Shown: piece by piece, positions 25,275 through 34,874 of the stretch | How positions within the stretch are numbered: position 1 is the first letter of the stretch | Layout of the letters: each line of letters starts with the position of its first letter | Sequence record: NC_069154.1 | From: Klebsiella phage VLCpiS11a | Length of the DNA: 39,791 bases | Direction: 5' to 3' (one strand) | Notes under the pieces: generated by a model | The model's database searches: none | Told to the model about the DNA's origin: nothing | What the model saw: the letters and a program-made list of their open reading frames with translations, nothing else | Position numbers and translations under genes: made by a program

Positions 25275-25750
25275 ATCCGCGGAAAGTGGGTCTGGTCGTA
25301 GGCATACTGCGCCAGGAATCGGTTAAGGCTATCGCCATAGCAGCCGAATAGTTCCGGCAGATTGGCGGTAAGACAATCGCTGTCCTGGTTGGGTGTGCGC
25401 TCGGCGGTCAGCGTGAACGAAATAACCCAGTTTTTTCCGTCCTGCGTGGTGTCGCTGATCGTGCTGGTGATCCATACCTGGTGGTCCTGCAGACCCAGGC
25501 CACTGTCCAGCGTCATAACGAACGAATTGGCGCCGCCGTCTATCTGGTTGAGGAATGCGTAGAACGCCTGCCGGCCGAGCGACGAAACAACCAGCACGAC
25601 GCTAAACGGCACCGCGTCGTAAAAGGTATCGCGCCCCTGGCGCGGTGCGCCGCCTTGCACGTCGTTACGGTAAATGTTGTTACCGCGGGTCAACGAGTAA
25701 CCCTGGTTCACTATCGGCCGCAGAGAGGCTGGAAATCGTAAATCACTCAT
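25256..25750 (-). CDS. minor tail protein (lambda M-like / distal tail position)
   Basis: Gene order; lies immediately downstream of the tape measure gene. Confidence 0.4.
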   Translation of the reverse strand: MSDLRFPASLRPIVNQGYSLTRGNNIYRNDVQGGAPRQGRDTFYDAVPFSVVLVVSSLGRQAFYAFLNQIDGGANSFVMTLDSGLGLQDHQVWITSTISDTTQDGKNWVISFTLTAERTPNQDSDCLTANLPELFGCYGDSLNRFLAQYAYDQTHFPRIWDPMQ

Positions 25751-25752
25751 CG

Positions 25753-28092
25753 TTAGAATCCTGGCTGGTTGCGCGTGTTACGGCGGGAAAGCGAGATCTG
25801 CGAGTTGCTGTCCTGCAGGTCCCCGGATACCGTTTCGCGGATTATCACCCGCAAACGCCCTTCATCATCGCGTTCTGTGCTGGCCTGGTCAATACGCCCG
25901 GTAGTTTGGTTGACGATCACCACACTATCGCTACTGTTCTGCTTGCTGCCGTTCTCACCCATAATCTGGCGCATCTGCTGCGCGGTGCGCACGCGAGACG
26001 CCGAGGCGGGCATAATCACTTCCGGCTTGCCACGCTCGGCGATAGTCGACGCCTGCCCGGCCGACAGTGTGCCGCCCTGCTCGCGCGCCGACCGGATTTT
26101 AGCGACGTTAGCTGCGCCCGCAGCTACGGCAGCGGCGGCAGCGGCTACGCCCAGCGCCGGGCCAATGATAGGGATAGGGGCGAGGGCGGAATAGGCCGCG
26201 GTAGCCGCTTTGTAGGTGTTGATCACCGTTTCGGTGATGGCGGCGGCTTTATATAGCGCGTTACCTTCGCCGAGGGCTGATTTAAGCGACGACGTGGTGT
26301 CGCTTAACGTTTTCGAGTAGGAGTCCAAGCGCTTCTCGTCCGCCTGCTGCGCAATCTGCAAAAGCGCATTTTGATACTCCTGCTCGCTTATGATCCCTCG
26401 ATCGTAAAACTCTTTGGCTTTGTCCTCTTTTGCTTTCTGCTGTACGTCGATAAGCTCCAGCTCTGTCGCGTTCAGCGCCTGGATATCGGCGATATACTGG
26501 TCGTGCTGGCCCTGTTTCCTGGCGGCTTCCTGCTGCCGCTTATCCAGTTCTTTCTGGCGGGCTGCGCCGGCTTCGAGCACTATCGCGGTTTTCGCGTCTT
26601 CATACTCTTTTTGAGTAATGTTTCCCGCTTCCAGATATTGTTTAGCCTTTTCTAATTTTTGCTGTTCCTTCGCATCTATCTCCTTTATCTCGTCCGAATT
26701 AGTGCGAGCTATCTGGTCTAAAAAAGATTGGGCGTTTTTGTCCTGTGTAGCTTTCGCGTTAGCTTCACGTTTAGCTGCAGCCGCGGCACGGGTGGCAGCA
26801 GCTTTTTCCTGCGCCGCTGTTTTTTTAGCCTCTCTTTCATCGAACTTTTTCAGTTCATAGGCCGCCTCGGCGTCACGGGCTTTGTTAAATTCAGCGATTT
26901 GGGCCTTAGTTACGCCTTGTCTTTTGGCAAAAGCCTCTTTATCAAGTTTAGCCTGGGCCGCAAAGCGGTCCCGCTCGGCCATGCCCTGAATCTTAGTCGC
27001 GGCGATTATTGCATCGTTCTGGTCCCGTATTTGTCGTGTGGCTTCGTTAGTTGCAGCTCCCATCTTTTTCTGGGATTCGGTAACAAGATCCTGTTGTTTC
27101 TGCGCGGTCGCCAGTGCGTTCGCGTTCTGCTGCGCGGCGGTGGCCTGGTCCAGCAGTTCTTTCTTGTTTTCCTTGGCAGCTACCGCCGCGGCTGCCGTTG
27201 CGTCGGCGACCTTCTGCGCGTTTTCGGCCGACGGCTCGGCGTTAAACTGGCGCTGGGCCACCAGCATGTCGGAAATTTCTTTTGTGCCTACGCCATAAGT
27301 CGCGGCCAGCTCATTCACCGCGGCGGCCAGGTTACCGTATTTCGCGCTGTTCGCATCGGCGAGCACGTTGATATTGGACAGCGTATCGCCGACATTCATG
27401 TTACGCGCGATCATATCGTCCAGGGTGGCGATATTGGTCTGCGCAGCGACGCTGCTACCGAGTAGCTCTTTTCCCTGCTCGCGGATCGCCGTCGTGGCCC
27501 GCTCGATTTGCTGCGCCGCCTGCAGGCCGATAAGCTTAACCATACTGCCGTATGCGGCGTCGCCGTTCTGGCTAAGTTGCACCAGCGCGTCGGAAAACTC
27601 AATCGTGCCATCTTTGGCGGTCTGGAACGACTTGGAAAGCTCGCTCGCGCCTTTCTCCAGGTCTTTAGCGCTGGCGCCGGTGTCGGTGAATGCCTTATAC
27701 AATACACCGCCAACGGCAGAAGCCAGGGCGATAACGGCGCCCAGCACCGCGCCGCCCGGGCCGAATGCGCCGGCAAGCTGGCTACCCTGCTGGCCGATAG
27801 CGACGAAGGCCGACGTGCCGCTCTGCAGCTGTACGACCATATCCTGGACCTGGAAACCGACTTGCTGCGCGCCGTTACGAAAAGCCGACATCCCACCTTT
27901 AGCGGCTTTAACCATCTCGTCATTGGATTTCTTAACGTCCGGCGTTAGCCGGTTAACCGACGCGTCGGCACGGTCGGCGGAGGAGGCAAACTGATCAAGC
28001 TGTTTCGCCCCGGCGTCCGCACCTTCCGTCTTCACCCTTGCAACTAGTGACGCTGTGTCAGCCATCGTGTCTGCCCTCGAAAATGGCGTCAA
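25753..28092 (-). CDS. tail tape measure protein
   Basis: 779 aa. Ala/Gln/Glu/Lys-rich coiled-coil composition. Located after the chaperone pair. Confidence 0.85.
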   Translation of the reverse strand: MTPFSRADTMADTASLVARVKTEGADAGAKQLDQFASSADRADASVNRLTPDVKKSNDEMVKAAKGGMSAFRNGAQQVGFQVQDMVVQLQSGTSAFVAIGQQGSQLAGAFGPGGAVLGAVIALASAVGGVLYKAFTDTGASAKDLEKGASELSKSFQTAKDGTIEFSDALVQLSQNGDAAYGSMVKLIGLQAAQQIERATTAIREQGKELLGSSVAAQTNIATLDDMIARNMNVGDTLSNINVLADANSAKYGNLAAAVNELAATYGVGTKEISDMLVAQRQFNAEPSAENAQKVADATAAAAVAAKENKKELLDQATAAQQNANALATAQKQQDLVTESQKKMGAATNEATRQIRDQNDAIIAATKIQGMAERDRFAAQAKLDKEAFAKRQGVTKAQIAEFNKARDAEAAYELKKFDEREAKKTAAQEKAAATRAAAAAKREANAKATQDKNAQSFLDQIARTNSDEIKEIDAKEQQKLEKAKQYLEAGNITQKEYEDAKTAIVLEAGAARQKELDKRQQEAARKQGQHDQYIADIQALNATELELIDVQQKAKEDKAKEFYDRGIISEQEYQNALLQIAQQADEKRLDSYSKTLSDTTSSLKSALGEGNALYKAAAITETVINTYKAATAAYSALAPIPIIGPALGVAAAAAAVAAGAANVAKIRSAREQGGTLSAGQASTIAERGKPEVIMPASASRVRTAQQMRQIMGENGSKQNSSDSVVIVNQTTGRIDQASTERDDEGRLRVIIRETVSGDLQDSNSQISLSRRNTRNQPGF

Positions 28093-28423
28093 TACGCATA
28101 ATCAAATCCGCTTCCATAATGCTGATCCGCTGCCCGGTTACCGCCTTGTAATCGACGATATCGGACCACTTAAGCATTTCTCGCGGGTATATCATCATAG
28201 TATCATTAGTTTCGCGCTGTATGAATTTTAGTTCCCGGTATTTCTCGAACACACCAGCAAAAATTAAGGGGCACTCGGGCCCCTTTAATTCTTCGCGCTG
28301 CGCGCCGGATATGACCCCCATCGAGACCAGCGCGGCCTCATGCCCCGCCGATATCTGGTCGAACTCCTGCCGGCGCTGCCGTGTTACGAATTGCCAGGTC
28401 GCAAACTCACACAGCGCTCTCAC
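28058..28423 (-). CDS. -1 frame extension ORF of the tail assembly chaperone (GT-like frameshift product)
   Basis: The ORF starts one nt before the chaperone stop in the -1 frame. This is the conserved G/GT architecture between the major tail and tape measure genes. It contains a hairpin plus U-tract at 28266-28290. Confidence 0.35.
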   Translation of the reverse strand: MRALCEFATWQFVTRQRRQEFDQISAGHEAALVSMGVISGAQREELKGPECPLIFAGVFEKYRELKFIQRETNDTMMIYPREMLKWSDIVDYKAVTGQRISIMEADLIMRIDAIFEGRHDG

Positions 28424-28836
28424 TTTGCGTTCAGTTCTTCCCGGATCTTGGTATGGAAGGTGGCAACCTGCGGCGCGAGTCCGCGATATTGGCGCAGCAA
28501 TTCCGCGAAGCCTTCACGGCTAAACTCTTCATCGAACGACCAGCCGGTAACCAGCTCAACCGCGAGTTCACGATTAAGGCTCTCCACCTGAATATTTCGC
28601 TTCTCGTTCCATTCGGTATAGTTGTCTTTCGCTTTACAGGCTGCTTCCAGATCTTCCAGCGAAGCGTCGACGGCCCGCACGGCTGCCGTGTATGCGCGGC
28701 CGGCTTCGATCGAGGCGTCGCAATCCGGCCCGCGCACCTGCAGCCATTCGCCGGAGTCCTCACCATTCGGCAGCAAGATTGGCATACGCGATCCGGCTTC
28801 GTGTTTGTCGGCAAAGTAGAAATCTTTCAGCTTCAT
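28420..28836 (-). CDS. tail assembly chaperone (lambda G-like)
   Basis: 138-aa acidic protein between the major tail protein and tape measure genes. Confidence 0.5.
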   Translation of the reverse strand: MKLKDFYFADKHEAGSRMPILLPNGEDSGEWLQVRGPDCDASIEAGRAYTAAVRAVDASLEDLEAACKAKDNYTEWNEKRNIQVESLNRELAVELVTGWSFDEEFSREGFAELLRQYRGLAPQVATFHTKIREELNAK

Positions 28837-28850
28837 TTTTAACCCGCTAT

Positions 28851-28880
28851 GGTTGATTTGTTGGTTGCGATATGTTTATA
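28851..28880 (+). promoter_or_regulatory. possible promoter (TTGATT-18-TATATA) with a TTGGTTGC motif, for the opposite-strand moron gene
   Basis: Elements read by eye; spacing is marginal. Confidence 0.3.
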
Positions 28881-28911
28881 TACATGTAGAACTTTCAAAG
28901 AGGAATATACC

Positions 28912-29166
28912 ATGACGCAATTCATTATAGCAATTCTGGCGATGGGGCTAAACCTTGTCGTGCTGTTCTTCGTGGTGCGCTACGCTACGCGGTCAAGCGA
29001 ACAGGTCGAATTGTTGCGCCAGATTCTCGCGACGGCGAAACCGGAAGTAAAAAGCGAAATCGTCAAACTGACAGAAGAGAGGGCGAAACGTAGTCTTGCT
29101 CCGCAAAAGAGCCCGGTATGCATTCATGGGTGCCATATCCGTGGCGGACATATTCGAAATAACTAA
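28912..29166 (+). CDS. small membrane protein (84 aa, 1 TM) encoded antisense within the tail module (moron)
   Basis: MTQFIIAILAMGLNLVVLFFVV TM segment. GAGGAA RBS. A terminator follows directly. Confidence 0.45.
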   Translation: MTQFIIAILAMGLNLVVLFFVVRYATRSSEQVELLRQILATAKPEVKSEIVKLTEERAKRSLAPQKSPVCIHGCHIRGGHIRNN

Positions 29167-29190
29167 GGGGCCTAATGGCCCCTTTCTTTT
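29165..29190. terminator. rho-independent terminator (AAGGGGCC-TAAT-GGCCCCTT plus TCTTTT)
   Basis: Hairpin directly after the moron gene; it overlaps the stop of the major tail gene. Confidence 0.55.
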
Positions 29191-30355
29191 ACGCGTACAC
29201 AAGGCGCTGAATGACGATAGACGACTGCTGGCTGTTTCCGGTCGCCTGGCCCTCAATGCTCTGCGTCACGGACTCTGCACCGCCAATTTCCGGGGTTACC
29301 GCTGTCAGTTCGGCGCGCTTCATCGAGATAGACATTGCGCCCTTCACACCGGACAGAATCGAGTTAATTTCGACCTGCGTCTCGTTAATGAATTTCTGGA
29401 TCATCGCCATGTCGTAAAGTTTACCGGCGATGGAGAAGGTGTTGACCGCACGACCGCGCTCAACGAACGCCACGCTATTATTACCCAGCTCGAATTGCGC
29501 CGATGCACCATTATCGTTGGTAAAGGTCAGCGTATCGCACTTAAGCGGCTGAATACCATCGAACACGGATACATCAACCGACGAGAACGGCTCCGCGTCA
29601 AAGGTGATCTGTGAGAAGTCCGAACCGGCCGGCGGCGCAGTGAGGATCTCCTGATTCATGCCGATAAAGGGGAAAGAGCCGGTAACCATGGCATTTACTG
29701 CCTGCTCAATGGTAAAGCCGGAGATCTCAACACCGCGGGTGATAACGAAGCTGTCCGGGTTACCGCACTGGCCTTTGAACCAGGTAAGGATCGAGAAGGT
29801 CTTACACAGGTTACCAGTTTCCAGCTTGTCGCCGGTGGCGTAATCGGTCTCCGCGGCGGCTGCAGTGGTCAGCGGGTACTGGATAGCCGCGCCGGTTACT
29901 ACGGTAGACGTTACCGCAGTGACAATGAACGGCAGCCCATTATTACCCGGCAGGTCCGCGAAGCGAATGAGATCGCCGACTTCTACGCCGTCGGTGAGAA
30001 AGTCTCCCGCCGAACGAGTAAAAGTCTTAGCCCCAGCGTCTACAGCGACGTCTACGGCGGTGCCGGTTACTCCGGCCACCCAGGAAGACGTCATCGCACC
30101 CGCGAGAAAATCATCCTGGCTGCGGGAACTAAGCTCGATCGCGTATTCGCCGGAGACCTGTTTATTCCCGGTGCGGATGAAAGATGTTTCCCGGCTGCCG
30201 TCGAGCTCGTTGGATGTCAGCGCGTCGCGGGTTACCGCAGGCACACCGCCGGTGTTGCGCAGCGGTGACCATACCGGGCTGGTCGGTGTAGTTCCTGGCG
30301 TTGTCTCCGCAACGTAAAATTGTGCGGTAAGCGCGCCCTTATATGGCTGTACCAT
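29189..30355 (-). CDS. major tail (tube) protein
   Basis: 388 aa. Lies immediately upstream of the chaperone pair. GAGG RBS. Confidence 0.6.
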   Translation of the reverse strand: MVQPYKGALTAQFYVAETTPGTTPTSPVWSPLRNTGGVPAVTRDALTSNELDGSRETSFIRTGNKQVSGEYAIELSSRSQDDFLAGAMTSSWVAGVTGTAVDVAVDAGAKTFTRSAGDFLTDGVEVGDLIRFADLPGNNGLPFIVTAVTSTVVTGAAIQYPLTTAAAAETDYATGDKLETGNLCKTFSILTWFKGQCGNPDSFVITRGVEISGFTIEQAVNAMVTGSFPFIGMNQEILTAPPAGSDFSQITFDAEPFSSVDVSVFDGIQPLKCDTLTFTNDNGASAQFELGNNSVAFVERGRAVNTFSIAGKLYDMAMIQKFINETQVEINSILSGVKGAMSISMKRAELTAVTPEIGGAESVTQSIEGQATGNSQQSSIVIQRLVYA

Positions 30356-30357
30356 TT

Positions 30358-30771
30358 TTATAACCTCGCAGTAAATGCTATGAAATTAATGGATAAAGGG
30401 CGTTTGGCCCATCCGTTTTGCACTATCAGAGGCCCCAGGCTCACCGATTGCACCTCGGCGCAGATTGCGTTACGCGACACCGCCGATCCGGCTTTGAATG
30501 CCGTATTCAATAAGTCTGCCATTTTATTGATTGACGCGCTACCTTTCGCCTGTGCGTAGTTGATATCGATCTGATAGACGCCGGCGCGCTGCTCTGTCCA
30601 GAACAAGTCCGCCTGTTCAGTATTGGCCAGTAGCATATAGCTCGCAAGGTAAGGCACGTCCGTCGACGTCGGCGCGTCGATATTCTCCAGCGCTATTTTA
30701 ATGTTGTTCGTCGTGCCGAAAGCCATCAATGCGACGTCGAAAGCCTTCGTTAAATCCTCAAAGTATCCCAT
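30358..30771 (-). CDS. tail-neck protein (tail terminator-like position)
   Basis: Gene order only. Confidence 0.35.
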   Translation of the reverse strand: MGYFEDLTKAFDVALMAFGTTNNIKIALENIDAPTSTDVPYLASYMLLANTEQADLFWTEQRAGVYQIDINYAQAKGSASINKMADLLNTAFKAGSAVSRNAICAEVQSVSLGPLIVQNGWAKRPLSINFIAFTARL

Positions 30772-31298
30772 TATCGCACCTTCGCGGCTTCGGCCTCCAG
30801 GAGCGCATTGAATCGGGTTATGTTAACCCTAACAACGCCCTGGGGGGCCTGTTTTGAATACCCATTGACAGTTTTTTGTTCTCTTTGCCTTTTCGGGCCC
30901 ACAAAACTAGATAGTTTCATTGGCCCCTGGAATGATGCCAGGCTGCTCGCGTCGGGCCTTTCAGGGCCCGTGAATCCCGTCGGGTATCCTCCGAATTCTA
31001 TGACCTCTGCATACGGCAGGTTATTCGTTAACGTGAAATCAGTCCAGTAATCCGATTTTGTCACGAAATTAGTCATCGCCGCTATCGCAGATTCCCCGGA
31101 TTTATCTTCCCCCGGGAGAACGCCGGAGGCAGGAAGCCCTCCGGCGGCCTGCCAGTTCATGCGAAAGCGCCCGGTGTCGACCGGGCTTGCCTTGATTATC
31201 GCGGAGAATAGTTTCAGTGTCACCTGGCGCATAACGGTTTCGTTATTCTGTTTCGTCTTCTCGACGAATGCCCGGACATCAAGCGAGAAGGCGCCCAT
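30771..31298 (-). CDS. tail completion / neck protein
   Basis: Gene order. Start set at the TAATG-overlapping Met. Confidence 0.35.
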   Translation of the reverse strand: MGAFSLDVRAFVEKTKQNNETVMRQVTLKLFSAIIKASPVDTGRFRMNWQAAGGLPASGVLPGEDKSGESAIAAMTNFVTKSDYWTDFTLTNNLPYAEVIEFGGYPTGFTGPERPDASSLASFQGPMKLSSFVGPKRQREQKTVNGYSKQAPQGVVRVNITRFNALLEAEAAKVR

Positions 31299-31657
31299 TA
31301 TTTTCGCACCTGAATAAACCACGCGATCACATCATCATTGACCATCTTTGTTTCGATGGCCACGATGGACCATTCAGCGCCGTTAAATGAAACTTTATCT
31401 TCCATCGTCGGCAGCACGCTGTGATCGGCTTTAACAATCATATCGCCAGCTTGTATGGTAGTTCCATTAACCAGCCCCACGTTAACCGGTACTGGCACCG
31501 AAGTTAGCGGGATCGTAGTTGGCGGCGATTCGACGTATTCGCCCTCGTCCGGATCCCAGACTTTCGACCCGGCGCGGATCAGATTAACCGTGCTGCCGTA
31601 CTTACCTAAAAGACGGGTCGCGGTTTTCTGCATACGCTTGCTGAATGCACTGGACAT
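31298..31657 (-). CDS. head closure / neck protein
   Basis: Gene order. Start set at MSSAFSK, which overlaps the upstream stop. Confidence 0.35.
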   Translation of the reverse strand: MSSAFSKRMQKTATRLLGKYGSTVNLIRAGSKVWDPDEGEYVESPPTTIPLTSVPVPVNVGLVNGTTIQAGDMIVKADHSVLPTMEDKVSFNGAEWSIVAIETKMVNDDVIAWFIQVRK

Positions 31658-32271
31658 TATACCGGCTCCAGTCGTGAGATAACGAGAAGCCCCGATGGCG
31701 CGGTGCCCCAAGCGGTAACCGTGGCGACCTGCGGATATACCCCGCCAAAGTTCGAGCCGGCGCTATCCCGCATAATCTGGATCGCCATCGTCTGGCCTGC
31801 GGTGGCGTTAATAACGACGCGCGACTCTGTCGGTGTGGTGGCATCGGTGGACGTCATTCGAACCGCCGCAGCGGACCCAATCTGTGCGCCGTTAAAGAGG
31901 ATGCGGCTTAACAGGATAGACGTTCCTGATGCGCCGGTGCGCCCGCACTGCAATTTAATGCGTACGGCATAATTCCCGGCAACGTTAAACGTTACCAGGC
32001 CAGCGGCCGAGATAGAAACCGGATCAGTAGGCGCGCCCTGGGCGGCTCCGAAGGCAACCTGCAGCGGCGTATCGACAGCTGTTGGCGCCTGCGCCACCGT
32101 AGACGCCGCCCGCAACACTTCAACCTCTTTCACGCCGGCTGCGGCGTAAAGCATGGAATCAGCGGTTTGCGTCAAAACCTCGCGCAGTTTTTCAGGGGTG
32201 ATCGCACCTGTGGTGTTATCCGCCAGATTGGTAGCGATTAGGGTAAAAAGCTCGGTTTTAGTCTTCGCCAT
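31657..32271 (-). CDS. virion structural protein (204 aa, Ala/Thr/Gly-rich)
   Basis: Gene order and composition only. Confidence 0.35.
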   Translation of the reverse strand: MAKTKTELFTLIATNLADNTTGAITPEKLREVLTQTADSMLYAAAGVKEVEVLRAASTVAQAPTAVDTPLQVAFGAAQGAPTDPVSISAAGLVTFNVAGNYAVRIKLQCGRTGASGTSILLSRILFNGAQIGSAAAVRMTSTDATTPTESRVVINATAGQTMAIQIMRDSAGSNFGGVYPQVATVTAWGTAPSGLLVISRLEPV

Positions 32272-32272
32272 A

Positions 32273-32782
32273 TCAGCCCCTGTCTACCCGGAAAGAGTAA
32301 CCGTTAGTTGACCCGCAAAGCAGAGGCGCCAGCGCATCAAGCGCTGCAGTGATTTCCACCGTAGACCCGGTGCTGCCGTTGTTGAAATACTGGACTGTTA
32401 CCGCGCCCTCGACGCGTTCGAGCGATGTAGCCCGGCCGTCGGATGATGCGCGGACGTCTGTACCCATCCCGTATTCGACGGCAGCGGCGACTTGCGCACG
32501 GATAACTTGCGATGGGATCGTGTTGCTTGCAACATCAAATCCGTAAAGGACGACACCACGCCGCGGGTACGCCAGTTCCTGCGCAGCGGATACACGGCTT
32601 CCGCACATAGCAGGCTCCTGCAAACCGACGTATCCGGCACCATTACGTAGCGCCTGCTCGGCTTCGGTATCATCGGTGGGCAAATCCCAGCCATAACGAT
32701 CTGCGAGCGTGCGGGCGTCCGACAAGCTAACATAGCTATCGGCCCCAGCTACGATGCTGCCATCCTCGACTATGAGCGACAT
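32273..32782 (-). CDS. head-tail connector / head completion protein
   Basis: Gene order. Confidence 0.35.
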   Translation of the reverse strand: MSLIVEDGSIVAGADSYVSLSDARTLADRYGWDLPTDDTEAEQALRNGAGYVGLQEPAMCGSRVSAAQELAYPRRGVVLYGFDVASNTIPSQVIRAQVAAAVEYGMGTDVRASSDGRATSLERVEGAVTVQYFNNGSTGSTVEITAALDALAPLLCGSTNGYSFRVDRG

Positions 32783-32785
32783 CGG

Positions 32786-33007
32786 TTATTCCTCTGGCTG
32801 CTCTGCGGTTTTGCTGCGACGTGCTTTGCGGGCCGGTTTGTCCGCATCGCCCTGAATGGTCGCAGTGCGCTCAACGCCGTCGGCATGAGTCTCGATAACA
32901 GCATCCGCCGGCGCGAATCGTGCATCGATAACGCGAAAGCCCTGGCGGTGATATTCTTTCTTCTGCTCGACCGTGATCGGCATAGCAACGTATTTAACTT
33001 GCAACAT
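32786..33007 (-). CDS. small protein after the capsid gene (73 aa)
   Basis: ORF located just after a terminator. Confidence 0.35.
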   Translation of the reverse strand: MLQVKYVAMPITVEQKKEYHRQGFRVIDARFAPADAVIETHADGVERTATIQGDADKPARKARRSKTAEQPEE

Positions 33008-33026
33008 GGATAAGGCTCCGGAAAAG

Positions 33027-33049
33027 AAGGGGCCGAAGCCCCTTTTTAT
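33027..33049. terminator. terminator/attenuator hairpin immediately 3' of the major capsid gene
   Basis: AAGGGGC-CGAA-GCCCCTT with T-runs on both strands. Confidence 0.5.
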
Positions 33050-34017
33050 TACTCGTCAGCGTCGACGATCGCCAGCGTACCCAGGGTATGCTTGTTCTCG
33101 GCAACGGATTTATCCCAGTTGGACGCGGTCGCCAATTCGGCGTCGGTCGGAGACTTACCGCCGTTGGTCACATCCCAGGAATAGCCTTTCAGTTTCAGAC
33201 CGAAGGAGTAATCAGCCTGCCAGGTGGTTTCGATACGGGTTTTACCGTTCGAGGTTTCCATATTGGTGATGATGTCGCTGGTGTTGTCAACGACAATACC
33301 CTGTGCGACCACGGAAAGCACCTTCGCCTTGTTCGGCGTGCCGGCCTCATACAGCGCCGGGGAGTCGGTAACCACGTAACGCTTGCCGAGGATGTCGACC
33401 ACCAGCACATTGCTGGAGACAAACAGCTGGTTGGCGTTGGTGATCGCCTGGCCGATCAGCTTGTGATAGGTGGCACCGGTCATCACGTCGGTGATCAGGA
33501 GCTGCGACTGATCGCCGAATTTCGCATGGCTGTTGTTCAGCGCTCCGAGACTGATACCCGCCGTTGCGGATACGTCATTCACCAGCGCCGCCTGGCCGGA
33601 TACCGCAGCAACCGCTGCCGCAAGTGCAGTATTCAGCTGGTCCGCCAGCAGGGCGTCGGCGAAACCTTCGGAAATCGCCATGACGGCTTCGGTCGGGTTG
33701 CGCTGCAGCCAGGTCAGCTGGGACGGTTCGAATACAATCGGGCCAAAGCCGCCGGCAACTTTAACGCCTACGTTCTCGCCCTGGGTAAGGTTCGTGCCGG
33801 TCTGCGCGGCAATCGCTGCGTAACGGTCAACACGGCGCTGCGCTGCGGCGATCTGGTTGTAAAACGATTCTTTGGTGAAATCGCCTTCCCACGCCTGCGA
33901 GGACAGGACGATTGCGCCGCCGGAGTTGGCGTTGAACTGATCGGTTTTCTGACCCAGCAGTTCGATAGTCGCGCCGTAAATCTGGCGGTCGTAAACCTTC
34001 ATGTTCGAAAGAGACAT
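33049..34017 (-). CDS. major capsid protein
   Basis: 322 aa. AAGGG RBS. Follows the scaffold gene and is followed by a terminator. The translation in the antisense frame has no stops, as is typical of highly expressed capsid genes. Confidence 0.7.
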   Translation of the reverse strand: MSLSNMKVYDRQIYGATIELLGQKTDQFNANSGGAIVLSSQAWEGDFTKESFYNQIAAAQRRVDRYAAIAAQTGTNLTQGENVGVKVAGGFGPIVFEPSQLTWLQRNPTEAVMAISEGFADALLADQLNTALAAAVAAVSGQAALVNDVSATAGISLGALNNSHAKFGDQSQLLITDVMTGATYHKLIGQAITNANQLFVSSNVLVVDILGKRYVVTDSPALYEAGTPNKAKVLSVVAQGIVVDNTSDIITNMETSNGKTRIETTWQADYSFGLKLKGYSWDVTNGGKSPTDAELATASNWDKSVAENKHTLGTLAIVDADE

Positions 34018-34020
34018 ATC

Positions 34021-34712
34021 TTAACCCTTATTTTCTGCGTCGAGACGCTTACGGAGATCGGCCCGAGTTTTTTCGATGCCTGTTAGTTGCTCGCCACCGG
34101 CCCCGCCAGTAGGATTCCTGTTCCCGGCAGCCCCGCCGCCGTTCGCTGTGTCCGCCTGCATGAGGTGGGAGATCACCTTATGCTTTTTACAGAAGTCGAT
34201 AAACTTATCGACGTCCGTCGTAATAACTGCGCCGTCCGGACCGACAAACTTCGTCACCAGGTCATCGCCGTCAAACTCGACTTTGATAAATGGGGCGATC
34301 AGGTCTGCGGCGTCTGCATCAATAAATTTGCCCTTGGCAATTACCGAGCCCATAACGGCTTTACGTTCGCTGCCGAGGATGCGCTCGGCCAGCTTGGTGA
34401 TCTTACCGTCTTTCTCGGCGATCACCGGGTCGTACTGACCACGAATCGACTTTTCGAATTCTTCCATCTGGCCGGATTGCTTCGCCGCTTCCTGCTGTAT
34501 GCGTACGCGTTCTGCTTCGGCTTCGCGGGCCTTCTGGGCCGCTTTCTTCTTCTCGTCCAGTAAAGCAGTGTTCTGGTTTTTAAGACCATTCACCATTTCA
34601 TCGACTTCGGCCTGGGTGTAGGTTTTAGGTGGTTCATCACCGCCTCCGCCTTGATGCTCTTCACCGGCTTCGGACTGATACGAGTAAAGGAAAGACTGTA
34701 AAAAACGATTCA
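34021..34712 (-). CDS. scaffolding protein
   Basis: Start at MNRFLQ (AGGGG RBS). Charged coiled-coil composition (EAEAERVRIQQEAAKQ). Lies upstream of the capsid gene. Confidence 0.5.
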
Positions 34713-34815
34713 TAGTGCGTAGACCCCTGGTCTTCATGAATCCGGGCCACCCGGATTTACATACGCTAAATATACAGCGCGCTGCAAGTATTAACAATAT
34801 ACGTGCAAATGTTGG

Positions 34816-34844
34816 TTGCAATATGAATGGAGTCATATTATAGT
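34816..34844 (+). promoter_or_regulatory. strong sigma70-type promoter TTGCAA-17-TATAGT (copy B of the twin promoter)
   Basis: AATGTTGGTTGCAATatgaaTGGAGTCATATTATAGTTA; 39 of 42 positions match the copy at 18997-19038. Confidence 0.6.
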
Positions 34845-34874
34845 TAGGTAACCAACAACAAGAGGATCGAAATT

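Noticed and set aside
26371-27994. Several long + strand ORFs inside the tape measure gene
   Set aside because: They are antisense frames of a low-complexity Ala/Gln/Glu-rich gene, which is stop-poor by composition.
33088-34086. 332-aa + strand ORF antisense to the major capsid gene
   Set aside because: It fully overlaps a well-supported capsid gene and has no RBS. It reflects GC-rich, stop-poor antisense sequence.
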